DNA of 64,000 bases from Antedon mediterranea (Eukaryota; Animalia; Echinodermata), in the NCBI RefSeq assembly GCF_964355755.1, contig NC_092672.1:34726437-34790436 (forward strand), written 5' to 3'. Below the pieces are notes generated by a model. The model saw only the letters and a list, made by a program, of their open reading frames with translations, searched no databases and was not told where the DNA came from. Both the position numbers and the translations under genes were made by a program. How positions within the stretch are numbered: position 1 is the first letter of the stretch; each line of letters begins with the position of its first letter. Below are positions 41,210 to 52,735 of the stretch, piece after piece.

Positions 41210-41664
41210 TAACTAATGTAAATTATTCCCGTTGATTTATTTAAATTGAAAGACTGGTGATTATTTAATGAATGTACAGTGATATATAAAACGTGCAATT
41301 TGACATAATAGGTTTTGTAAAAGAAGTTTTGTGTTACGTTATTTGTATTCCAGTGTTTATACCTTGCTATGAATAATCTGGAAGTTAATTAAATTTAAAA
41401 TGCAAATTAATTACGTTTCATTTATTATTTTAGGATGACATGGCAAAAAGTTATGCAAACAGGGATTATTTTTACAAAATTGACAAAATACCAACTTTTC
41501 AAAATATAATTATATTGGGGTTACATGCGCAAAACACATTATGTGCGTCTGCGCAAATCTTTATGGTCAAAATATCAAGTTTTTAAAATTCAATTGTTAT
41601 GCGATAATTTTGCTATATATCATCATATATTGCATTATCATCATCTTACAGTGCCATAGAAGGT

Positions 41665-43312
41665 TCGAACTTTGGCAATTTTTTGAAAAATCCTTGTACA
41701 GGGAAATTTTCTAAAAATGGCAAATTTTCGACCCTTTTATTTTTAAACATAAATGGTTACTATCGCATAATAAACATGCGCAGAGTTGAATAATGGGTTC
41801 TGCGCATGTCAATTATGTTATAGTAACCAGTTATGTCAAAAAAGGTCGAAAATTATTTTTGGACATAAATGGTTACTATAGCGTAATAAACATGGGCAGA
41901 GTTGAATAATGGGTTCTGCGCATGTCAATTATGCTACAATAACCAGTTATATCGAAAAATTAAAAGGTCGAAATTTGGCCATTTTTGGAAAAAATCTCTG
42001 TACTATAGTACAGGGAAATTTTCTAAAAATGGCCAATTTTCGAACCTTTTATTTTTAGACATATTGGTTACTATCGCATAATAAACATGCGCAGAGTCGA
42101 ATAATGGGTTCTGCGCATGTCAATTATGCTATAATAACCAGTTATATCGAAAAATTAAAAGGTTTGGAAAAAATCCCTGTACTATAGTACAGGGAAATTT
42201 TCGACCCTTTTATTTTTAGACATAAATGGTTACTATCACAAAATAAACATGCGCAGAGTCGATAATGGGTTCTGCGCATGTCAATTATGCTATAGTAACC
42301 AGTTATATGAAAAAAGGTCGAACATTATTTTTGGACATAAATGGTTACTATAGCATAATAAACATGCGCAGAATTGAATAATGGGTTCTGCGCATGTCAA
42401 TTATGCTATAATAACCAGCTATATCTAAAAATTAAAAGGTCGAAATTTGGTCATTTTTGGAAAAAATCCCTTTTTTCATATAACTGGTTACTATAGCATA
42501 ATTGACATGCGCAGAACCCATTATCGACTCTGCGCCTGTCAATTATGCTATAATAACCAGTTATATCGAAAAATTAAAAGGTTTGGAAAAAATTCCTGTA
42601 CTATAGTACAGGGAAATTTTCGACCCTTTTATTTTTAGACATAAATGGTTACTATCACAAAATAAACATGCGCAGAGTCGATAATGGGTTCTGCGCATGT
42701 CAATTATGCTATAGTAACCAGTTATATGAAAAAAGGTCGAACATTATTTTTGGACATAAATGGTTACTATAGCATAATAAACATGCGCAGAATTGAATAA
42801 TGGGTTCTGCGCATGTCAATTATGCTATAATAACCAGCTATATCTAAAAATTAAAAGGTCGAAATTTGGTCATTTTTGGAAAAAATCCCTGTACTATAGT
42901 ACAGGGAAATTTCTAAAAATGGCCAATTTTCGAGCCTTTTATTTTTAGACATAAATGGTTACTATCGCATAATAAACATGCGCAGAGTCGAATAATGGGT
43001 TCTGCGCATGTCAATTATGCTATAATAACCAGTTATATCGAAAAATTAAAAGGTCGAAATTTTGCAATTTTTGGAAAAAATCCCTCTACTATAGTACAGG
43101 GAAATAATCTAAAAATGGCAAATTTTCGACCCTTTTATTTTAAGACATAAATGGTTACTATCGCATAATAACATGCGCAGAGTCGAATAATGGATTCTGC
43201 GCATGTCAATTATCCTATAGTAACCAGTTATATGAAAAAAGGTCGAAAATTATTTTTGGACATAAATGGTTACTATAGCATAATAAACATGCGCAGAGTT
43301 GAATAATGGGTT
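41665..43312. repeat. Complex satellite of 11 foldback units (115-195 bp)
   Basis: catgcgcaga cores at 41775, 41891, 42086, 42248, 42363, 42506, 42667, 42782, 42977, 43172 and 43288; junction palindrome ccctgtactatagtacaggg. Confidence 0.95.
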
Positions 43313-45330
43313 ATAATTAGGTAGTTAGTAGGCTACAGCAGTTCAGCAACAACAGTACTTTTATAGGCCTGTCAAACAACAATAAAATTTCTATTATGTA
43401 ACTTTAATAATAAAAATGTAAATATAAGAAATTAATAATAATTTTTCAAAAGTTATACAATAATAAAAACAATAATGATGTAATTAATAATGATAGATCA
43501 CCTAATAGTAATAATAATTAATGTAGGCCTAATGACTAATTATTAATTATGAAATAAAAATTGTAAATAGTATAGGCTATAACAAGAATATTTAGAATTC
43601 TTATGATTTGTTTTTATATAGAAATTGAGAATTATAATATATTGGCTGTTTGAGAGATCTGCATAAATAGGTCAACTTATCTTCAAATAATATTAATTAT
43701 AAATAAATAAATTTAAAAAAATTGTTAATAGCATACCAAGAATATTTAGAAATTAATTTTTTTTTCATTTAGAAATTAAGAATTATACCGTATATACTAT
43801 ATACTAGAAACACGGCATTGTAATATATTTGCTATTTGCGAGATCTGCATAAATAGGTCGACTCATCTTCACGATTATCATTAATATTACGATGAAGAGA
43901 AGTTACGAACGCGAGAAATTAATAATTTACAACATACATAAGCTATGAAATGTAACAGCCTTGGATCAGCGGTACGTTTGCCAATGCTGTATCACAACAC
44001 ATCAATGCTGGTAATGCTAGTAATATTAAGACAGAAAAAACAACCGACTTAAAAATTATATAAAACGACTTAAGAAGAACGCGCACCGAACTGTGTAGAT
44101 CTAATTGATATAGCTGTTTCAATTTATTAATAATATTTCTATATAGGCCTTTTATTCGTTTATAATAAAGACATTCATGAATAATATAATATCAAAAATA
44201 ATTCTCGTTGTTAACAACGGCGATGACGAAAAAAAATTATAAATAAAATAAATGATATTATAATAATAACAAAATTACTTTTTATATAGTAATTGTTATA
44301 GGCTTATAATATTTTTTAAATTATTATATAACAATGATTATTATAACTATTAATTAAAAATACTGTTATTATCATTTACAATTAATCTGATTATTTCTAA
44401 TTTACGAATATAATTAATATATTCAATTATTCTTAAGATTTATTATAAAATATTGTTTGTAAAATAATAAATAGTCAAATATTAGGCCTCTTTAATTGCA
44501 TATATTAAGCTAACTGTTAGATGCTGAGTGTGAACTCACAACGACCTAACCAAGCCGCCGAATCTGATTGTTACATTTGTGTTAAAATCCACTAATAATT
44601 TATTTAATAATATAATATTGAATGCGATTTAGTTTGCTTTGTTTTTAGTGGATATTATTGTTTGAAAACAAACTTTGATATTGTTCAAATTGCAAAGCGC
44701 ATTACAGTTCTCTAACATAAATGAACAATAACCAATTTAATCCTATTTCATATTGCTTTACCCATGTTAACTAAAAATGAACATATGTTTGAAATTTGTC
44801 ACTTTTAAAGTATAAATTTATTCGGTTATTATATTAATAAACTGAGGCATGATGGTTTCTTGATCAAGGTTGGATGGTTTCAAAATGTCTAGCGGAACTA
44901 TTAAAGGTTTCTTCGCTGGTAGGTGACAACTTAGACACCATGCTTTAGTGACGACATTTTATACTGTAATTTGAGACTGAAAAGACGCCAATTTTGTCTC
45001 AATGCGACTCTTCATCCGTGATGCGCTGTGGCGACGGTTGTTATCGAATGTAGGCCTACTGTACTGATCATCATAGGGGCTTAGACAGAATCGTAGGCCT
45101 ACATCATGACACCTGCATCGCAAAATATGCAATAATTACAGTTCACATAAATAAAATAAATAATACAATATAATACGTAGATGTTTTGAATCAATTAGAA
45201 CCGAGACATAAAAATATAGGCCTACTGAAAATAGTTACAATGTTCATAATATTTAGTATGCACAATTGTATTCGAAAGCAATCGATGGTGTATAACGGTA
45301 ATGTCAAGAAAAGAAGTGTGTATGTTAAAG

Positions 45331-45401
45331 CACGTCCCGCGTCGTCCAAAATGCTACCGTGTCCAAACTGCGACCGCCTCCAAAATACGACCATTTCAAG
45401 A
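45331..45401 (+). repeat. Dispersed repeat with (accgcgtccaaa) sub-units; related copy at 47681-47768
   Basis: Both copies share cgtccaaaatgctaccg.gtccaaa...cgaccatttcaaga. Confidence 0.7.
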
Positions 45402-46066
45402 ATCTACGGCATACCACCTGCATCGCCTATAACATGCAATTATACAGTTATTTATATTACGTAAAAAATATAAATAATAAAGTATAATATAAATAAATAA
45501 AAACAACTAATAAACTGTTTTGTGTCTTATTTTGACGCATTCAACTTTGCGCGTACCACTATTGCCAAATATGGTGATACTCGTTAATGTTGGACTACAC
45601 ATGTCACGTCTTACACATTATGATTATGTATCCAAGTCAATAACTTATGTATCCAAGGTTATTGGTATTACTAAAACTACATTAAAAACATGATAGATCC
45701 GATGAAACCGGACAGGACGGGATGGAGGTGACACCAAATATCAAAATGTGGTCATTAAAACAATAAATAAAAATAGATAAGACATTTTATAGACTGCAAA
45801 TCTACTCTATAAACGATGATTATTATATAATAGTAAATATATAAATATATCTATAATTCTAATTAGGAATGAAACCATAATTTAGTTTACACTATTCGAC
45901 CAGTGTAGTTAGCAATTACTTTTTCGCGTTTGTGTTTCTTCTGCATTATATAGGCCTACTTATACATTGTCTTTTCTGGCCATAATGGCCGCCCATAGTT
46001 ATAAATTTGATATAGTTAACACATAAAGTTAGTTGCTTTTAGTATGCGCATGTTAAATTGCGATGA

Positions 46067-46205
46067 TATAGTTTGATGCGTAGGCTACAGTTGCGTATAA
46101 GTTAGTTGCGTATTCGTTGCCTATGCGTATATAGTTTGATGTGTAGGCTACAGTTGCGTTTAAGTTAGTTGCGTATTCGTTGCCTATGCGTATATAGTTT
46201 GATGT
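46067..46205 (+). repeat. 63-bp tandem repeat, about 2.3 copies
   Basis: atagtttgatg.gtaggctacagttgcgt.taagttagttgcgtattcgttgcctatgcgt is repeated. Confidence 0.85.
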
Positions 46206-47680
46206 GTTATGTGTATAGTTTATATAGTTTTATATAATAATTGTAATAATAAATAATAATAATTATTAATTTTGCGTATTTAGTTTGTTGCGTATAACAA
46301 ATAGTTAGTTGCGTATAGATACGCGACGCAGTCAAGTTGAAAGCTGTTCTTACATTTTACACGTTTGAGACAAGAAGCAAAAAAGCGGAAAATAATTGAT
46401 ACGTTTTTGCTCTATTAGGTCGTCAGTTACTTGTGTCAAGCATGCAAAGAAGTTCTAACACATTCTCTCTGTATTCTAATTGATCTTCTCATATTATTGT
46501 TAAGATGGCTGAGATAAACAACGCATAGTTCTCACGTTATCTGGTATATCGTTTTACCTGGTTTTGTTTCAAGTGTAACATTGCTTATGTTTGGTGTTTA
46601 CAATGATGATGAAAGGCACTAACCCGTTGTAATAATTGCTGCTATATCACACACGTTGTGCCTATATTGACAACTGAAATAGCACATTAACATGCCTACT
46701 GGGTTGGCTTTCGATTTATTTAAGATGTCTTTTCCCTGTTTAATATATAATTGCATCTTGATAGTTTATAAATAACCTATTAAGTAATGTCTTGTGACGA
46801 AGCCTAATGACAGCAACATTATGGATGTGCGTTATGCTATTATAACAGATAGGTTAATTATCATAAATTTCACTCTTATTTCTCGATGAATCTACATTAG
46901 GAATAGATAAAGCATGTTTGATTATTATAGGAAATATAGGCTGAAATTGTATACAGGGCTAAAGGTCAAGGGTCGAATTGATGCTGTAGTTACAATTAAA
47001 ATTGTTTATATTTTGTTGGTTGGTTTCTAAGCGCTAAACAAAAAGGCAAAAGTCTAATCTACTGTACATGTTATTAAAAGTATAAAAATGAAGTAAATAA
47101 TAAGAAACGCGTTTGAAAAACATAAAATGAAAATGATGACGCATTACGCGTTACAAATTTATAATGAAAATTCAAATAATTTTCGAATTTACAAATATTG
47201 TATCAGGTGTTCATGTTCAAATAATGAAATAAATATTGTTATTTAAACAAAATTTGTAACGAATTAGTATTTAGTTTCATGTACTTGAAATATGGTGGTT
47301 ACTTTTCTCAGTGTAAATTTATTTATTTTTGGATGAATCCAGATTAACTGAAAGAGAACAAAAGTGAAGTTGGCAAATCCATATTCAGCCGATAACATAT
47401 CGCGTCGGCGCGTTTTTGTTCCACTCAAGCGAGATGATTTTTGTGTAGCGATTTCTTTCGCTTTTTAAACACTTTGTACTGCAGGTGATATCAAAGGGAG
47501 CCGATTCGTGGCCAGGCAGGACCGACAGAACTCATTACGTCGTACATGTGTGTCAAGGGTTACCGTAGTTAAATCAATTGGAACCGAGAAATAAAAATAT
47601 TGAACATAATTACAATGTTCAAGACATTTTGTATGCAAAAGAGTAAAAAAAGCAGCCGCAAGAAAAGAAATGTGTTTAAA

Positions 47681-47768
47681 GCGCGTCCGCGTCCAAAGCT
47701 CGTCCGCGTCCAAAATGCTACCGCGTCCAAAATACGACCGCGTCTAAACTACCGCGACCATTTCAAGA
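47681..47768 (+). repeat. Dispersed repeat, second copy of 45331-45401
   Basis: ccgcgtccaaa sub-repeats x4, ending in cgaccatttcaaga. Confidence 0.7.
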
Positions 47769-48684
47769 TAGTATCAGACGGAAAAGATTGTGATCTTAAA
47801 AACCATAACATTTATTTATTCTGGGAGGATAATCTACTTCCTATTTTCATAATAATTTTAATTCCCTTATTTTGTAATTATTATTGTTTTTCTGCATGAT
47901 GTCAGTAATTTTGTTGTTAGCAATTAGCGACGCTAATTCATAAATTCGGATGATAAAAACAAACGATTTAAAACGAATTTTTAAAAGGACCTAACTTATT
48001 TTAATAGTTATTGATTTATTAATATAAACCTATTATAAAATATTTACATAGGCCTATTATCAATTATTCGTAATTATTATTAATATATTAAATATTAATT
48101 ATGGCATTAGGCCTATTTTTCGAAACGAAATTTTAGGTTTAACGTTTAAAAGAACTTCACGAATTAATATCTAAGTTGTATTATTCTAATATTATTAATT
48201 AACAATATATTAATATGAATCTAATTATAACTACTGTATATTAATACATTATTATATTTTATTGTATTTTAATTATTTGTAATAATTATACTAAGCATAT
48301 TGTTTTTATTTATCAAATAGGCCTATTTATATCAGAAATGTATATTACATAAACGAATCAAGTTTGAACAAAGTGGATTTGTATTTGTCGAGTATGGGGG
48401 TATAGGTGGTTAAGGTTTGAACTAGTGTAGACCTCTTGTATAACTATCCAGACGCTTATTTAGGCCTACTTCGTTTAGTGTAGGCCTAGCCTAATGTTTT
48501 ATTAACGGATAAAACGAATTATGAATTAATAATCGCTACATCGATACAAATATAAATAATTCGTAAGCTGACAAACTGTAACTCATTAGTTTGAAACTTT
48601 TTGTTAGGTTCATTCTGTTTAAAATGTATTAATGTAGTCCTACCATGAGTTGAACATTATTATTCGTTGGTTTTACAGTTTGTT

Positions 48685-48835
48685 TGTCTACACTATCAAC
48701 TAGTTTGACAAAAAGTGTGATGTGCCCAAATATGATGGTGATATGCCAAATATGGTATTGACATGACATCATGTATTGTCCATATATGGCCACATCCCAT
48801 AAAGTTTGATAGACAGTTTTTTTGTAGACAGAGCT
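48685..48835 (-). mobile_element. MITE-A, inverted, diverged
   Basis: tgtctacactatcaa...tgtagacagagct|taa. Confidence 0.85.
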
Positions 48836-49900
48836 TAAGTTGGGTGATCATTATTGAATAGAATATAAAACAAGACATACAGTAGGCCTTATATAGTTAT
48901 ATTATCAATACATTTTGTAAATAATTAATAGGCATGTGTACAAATAGACTAATATTGTGAAAATAGCGACTGAATATATCAGCGGTAATTATTATATAAC
49001 GTTAAGAAAACTTCTATAATTGAAAAACATGAATGTCTCTTTTAGCTCCAACTATTTCATGACAATAGAGGGCGCACCTCTAAATATAGATCGCCAGATA
49101 CAGGACCTTCAATATAATGAATGTCAATTATATAAAAATCCTATGTAAAGATAATAATTAATAAAAAACAGTGTATCCTAAAGGGGTAATAGCTAAAATG
49201 GAATATACACACAAATTTGAATTCGGTGTATATGGTTATATTAAATTCCCTACAACTGCATAGATAAAGACATAATTTTAAAACATAAAATTACAATATA
49301 AATAATTTAGTAACATAAATTGCAAAATTATAGACTCGATCTCTCGTAAATCTGCCGTAAATAATCTCCAGCATAGCGTCATACGATAATTATCCACCAG
49401 TCGCTGTCTCACGCCAATTGCCAGCAACTACAAAATTGAAAATTTAGTCAGATGGCGCGCTGGTGAATAATTGTCTTTGTGTAAGAAACCAGCTTACGAC
49501 ACCTCCAAGTACACCACGTGGGTAAGCGTGAAATATTTAATGAAATAAGATGAAAAACGCTGTCATTAATCAAATAATAAGCGTCATTAAACGTTACATT
49601 TACATATTCGTTTTTTCTTTTCGTCATTACGATTTCTTTATTCACCATGAATGTAATTTCTTTTGACACTATTTTTGATTTTATTCCGTTATTATATTAA
49701 TGAAATGATGCACTATTTTACAAATCGATGGACTGTTTTGAGAAGAAGAGAGGCAGAATAAATCTCGCGAGAAATATATTTGAACATCCAAGAGATGAAG
49801 AAAACAAAGAACATATAGATAATATACCGTTCTGTAATTTCGGAGTAAACTTCTACTTTAGGCCTATAGACTTATTTTATAGCGCGATGGCCCGTTAAAA

Positions 49901-50021
49901 AGCTTGGTTCCAACTTGGCCGCAAGGCAAAGGAGTTGACCAATCACAAGTGACAGTTCGGATCACCACTCGCGTCGTGATTAGTCAATTACGGTGCGCGC
50001 ACGTCAATACTAGCAGTGGAC
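49901..50021. mobile_element. Degenerate MITE-B-related copy
   Basis: Start agcttggttcca and internal ttgaccaatcacaag...gtgattagtcaatt match MITE-B. Confidence 0.5.
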
Positions 50022-50956
50022 AATCATGGGTACCTGTTTGATTTTCGATGTATTTATACCGGTATTTATTACGTCGTAACTGTAACGCATAAGGAGTTGT
50101 ACCGGCTCCGATGGTCATGCTTACAACTAAAAAGTAAAAATATCAATTATTATGCTTTCCTATGAATAAAGAGTTTGAATTTTCATTTTTTGTGAAAATT
50201 AAAGGCCTAAACGATTTAAATTATCGAGTATTGTGCAATACGACTTCGGCGTAGACCAGTTACGTTAACGTTGAGGCCCTCATATACTGAATAAAATCTC
50301 TCATTGGAGAGAACAAAAAAGTTAATGATAACTTATATTAGACTTAGAAATAGCGCGAGTAGTAAATATAAAATGATGAAACTAAATTTCGTATACAAAA
50401 ATAAAAAATACCAGTAATAATGTAATAGTAATAGTTTATTGTTGCATCTATACATTTTAATAAATAACATTTGCACCTTCACCAAGTCAGGCGTTATAAG
50501 TAAAAAACTTAAATTAAATTACTACATTTTTTACATTTGTGTACGAGACAACAGATGTTTCAAACATTGCCTTACAAATACAAAAATATGTTTGTCGCCC
50601 TCTGTAATTCAACGGGGCCATATTACCTTGTAATTGGAAGTTGATTTAATTTACACAATTTTAACTTCATCTGTAAACTGGAAATCAGTTTAAATATATA
50701 TATTTATATATAATTATTTACATTTGATCAATGCTTCAATATCGTTTATGATATCAGAAATCTTCCTGATAACTTTGTAAATTATTTTCAATTAGAAATA
50801 AGTAAATTAAATGATAATACTGATAAGAATTTGTTCAATAAAACCAAACATACAAATTAAAGTTTATATTTGGAAGAATAGAAACACTGACAGTGTAATA
50901 TCAAAGTTATTAAATATTATTAAATACAGTATATGCATTAGTAATATAGAAACATA

Positions 50957-51073
50957 TTCACCGGTTTTTCCCCAGGTTTTCACCGTTTTTTCCTCAGGTT
51001 TTCAATGGTTTTTCCCCAGGTTTTCACCGGTTTTTCCTCAGGTTTTCACCGGTTTTTCCCCAGGTTTTCACCA
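50957..51073 (+). repeat. 22-bp minisatellite (ccggtttttccccaggttttca), about 5 copies
   Basis: Direct tandem copies. Confidence 0.9.
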
Positions 51074-51911
51074 GTCATTTTATACTGTAGTCTGATAATA
51101 GGAATCTTAAAATCATAGTAAATTCAATTATATTTTTCTTTATAAATACCATATTAACAAATTTGTATTAAAAATTGTAGACCCTGTAAAAGTATTTTAG
51201 ATGAATTATAATACAGTAAACATTATTTACAGTTACCTAGCAACCAGCCAGCTGGTTTCGTATTAAATACAATATATAAATGAATTTGGAACTTAACATT
51301 GAGTGGTTTGGCAAGTTTTTTTTTAAAATAATAATTTGTTTTAACTAAATTTTTATTTTGAATTTATATTGCGCTACCAAATATTGTATAAGATAGAGAA
51401 TACATCATGAATGTAATTATATAAAAAAACATTATGTAATATACATACTTACTGAAAGTATGCATAGTTTATAGCTTTAAAATATTAAATTTAAAAAAAA
51501 TAGGAATGATGGATATAGCCATAATATTAATAATTAATTAAGAAGATTCTTCTTACAGAAATTTTAACTTTTAAATTCAATGTCATTTATAAACATGAGA
51601 AAAAAAGTTTATATGAAAAGTTTGAATTATTGTTTTAAAACCCATCTAGCGCCCTCTATAGTTTGAAATATTGACTAGACACTTTTCAGAAATATCTTTC
51701 ATGCACTTATTTTGTCATTATTTATCTAATTATTTGGCTAACATTATGATATTATGATATGATAACAAGCTATGTTTTTTTATTTTGTTGGAATACTGTG
51801 GAAGAATCTCCTCCTTTCACCTTTACATTAAGCCTCTTGTCATCTTTGATGTTTTTATTCTAAAATGGAATCTTGAGATCCTGAGTTCATACTGAGAAGT
51901 TTTTAATAATT

Positions 51912-52475
51912 GTGTGTTTACACTGGAACCTGTCCTGTTTGTTCACACTGGAACCTGCCCTGTGTGTTCAAACTGGAACCTGTCCTGTGTGTTCACTGGA
52001 ACCTGCTCTGTGTGCTCATACTGGAACCTGTCCTGTGTGCTCACACTGCTGGAACCTGTCCTGTGTGCTCACACTGATGGAACCTGTCCTCTGAGCTCAC
52101 ACTGGAACCTGTTCTGTGTGCTCACACTGCTGGAACCTGTCCTCTGAGTTCACACTGGAACCTGTTCTGTGTGCTCACACTGGTAGCTGTACTGTGTGTT
52201 CACTGGAACCTGCTCTGTGTGCTCATACTGGAACCTGTCCTGTGTGCTCACACTGCTGGAACCTGTCCTGTGTGCTCACACTGCTGGAACCTGTCCTCTG
52301 AGCTCACACTGGAACCTGTTCTGTGTGCTCACACTGCTGGAACCTGTCCTCTGAGTTCACACTGGAACCTGTTCTGTGTGCTCACACTGGTAGCTGTACT
52401 GTGTGTTCACTGGAACCTGCTGTGTGTGCTCATACTGGAACCTGTCCTGTGTGTTCACACTGGAACCTGTCCTGT
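51912..52475. repeat. 23-28-bp minisatellite (cacactggaacctgtcctgtgtgct), more than 20 copies
   Basis: The ctggaacctg core is tandemly repeated with higher-order variants; it is the source of several spurious ORFs. Confidence 0.95.
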
Positions 52476-52735
52476 ATACATTCTGGGTTTCTTCATGCTT
52501 CAGGTTGTGCTTTAGGTTGTGTTCACACTGAGTTTCTAAATGAGTTTTATACCAATGCTTCAAGTAAGTGTCTTGTACCTCTATGTACTGGCAACATTTG
52601 AACTTTACCTGTTAACAAATAATAAAACTGTTTAGATATGGCAACAAATACGAGTCACTATACCACATGTAACATTCATTATCCTAAAGATATGAGGCAT
52701 TTTCTACATATGAAACCTAAATAAGAATTTAAACG

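Noticed and set aside
41665-43312. CRISPR-like array of palindromic repeats
   Set aside because: The sequence between repeats is itself repeated (no unique spacers), there are no cas genes, and the context is eukaryotic.
1530-51095. Remaining 60-130 aa ORFs in the track
   Set aside because: They show no recognisable domains, many overlap MITEs, SINEs or tandem repeats, and such ORFs are expected by chance.
51912-52601. Several Cys/His-rich ORFs resembling zinc-finger or metallothionein proteins
   Set aside because: They are translations of a stop-poor minisatellite, open in all frames.
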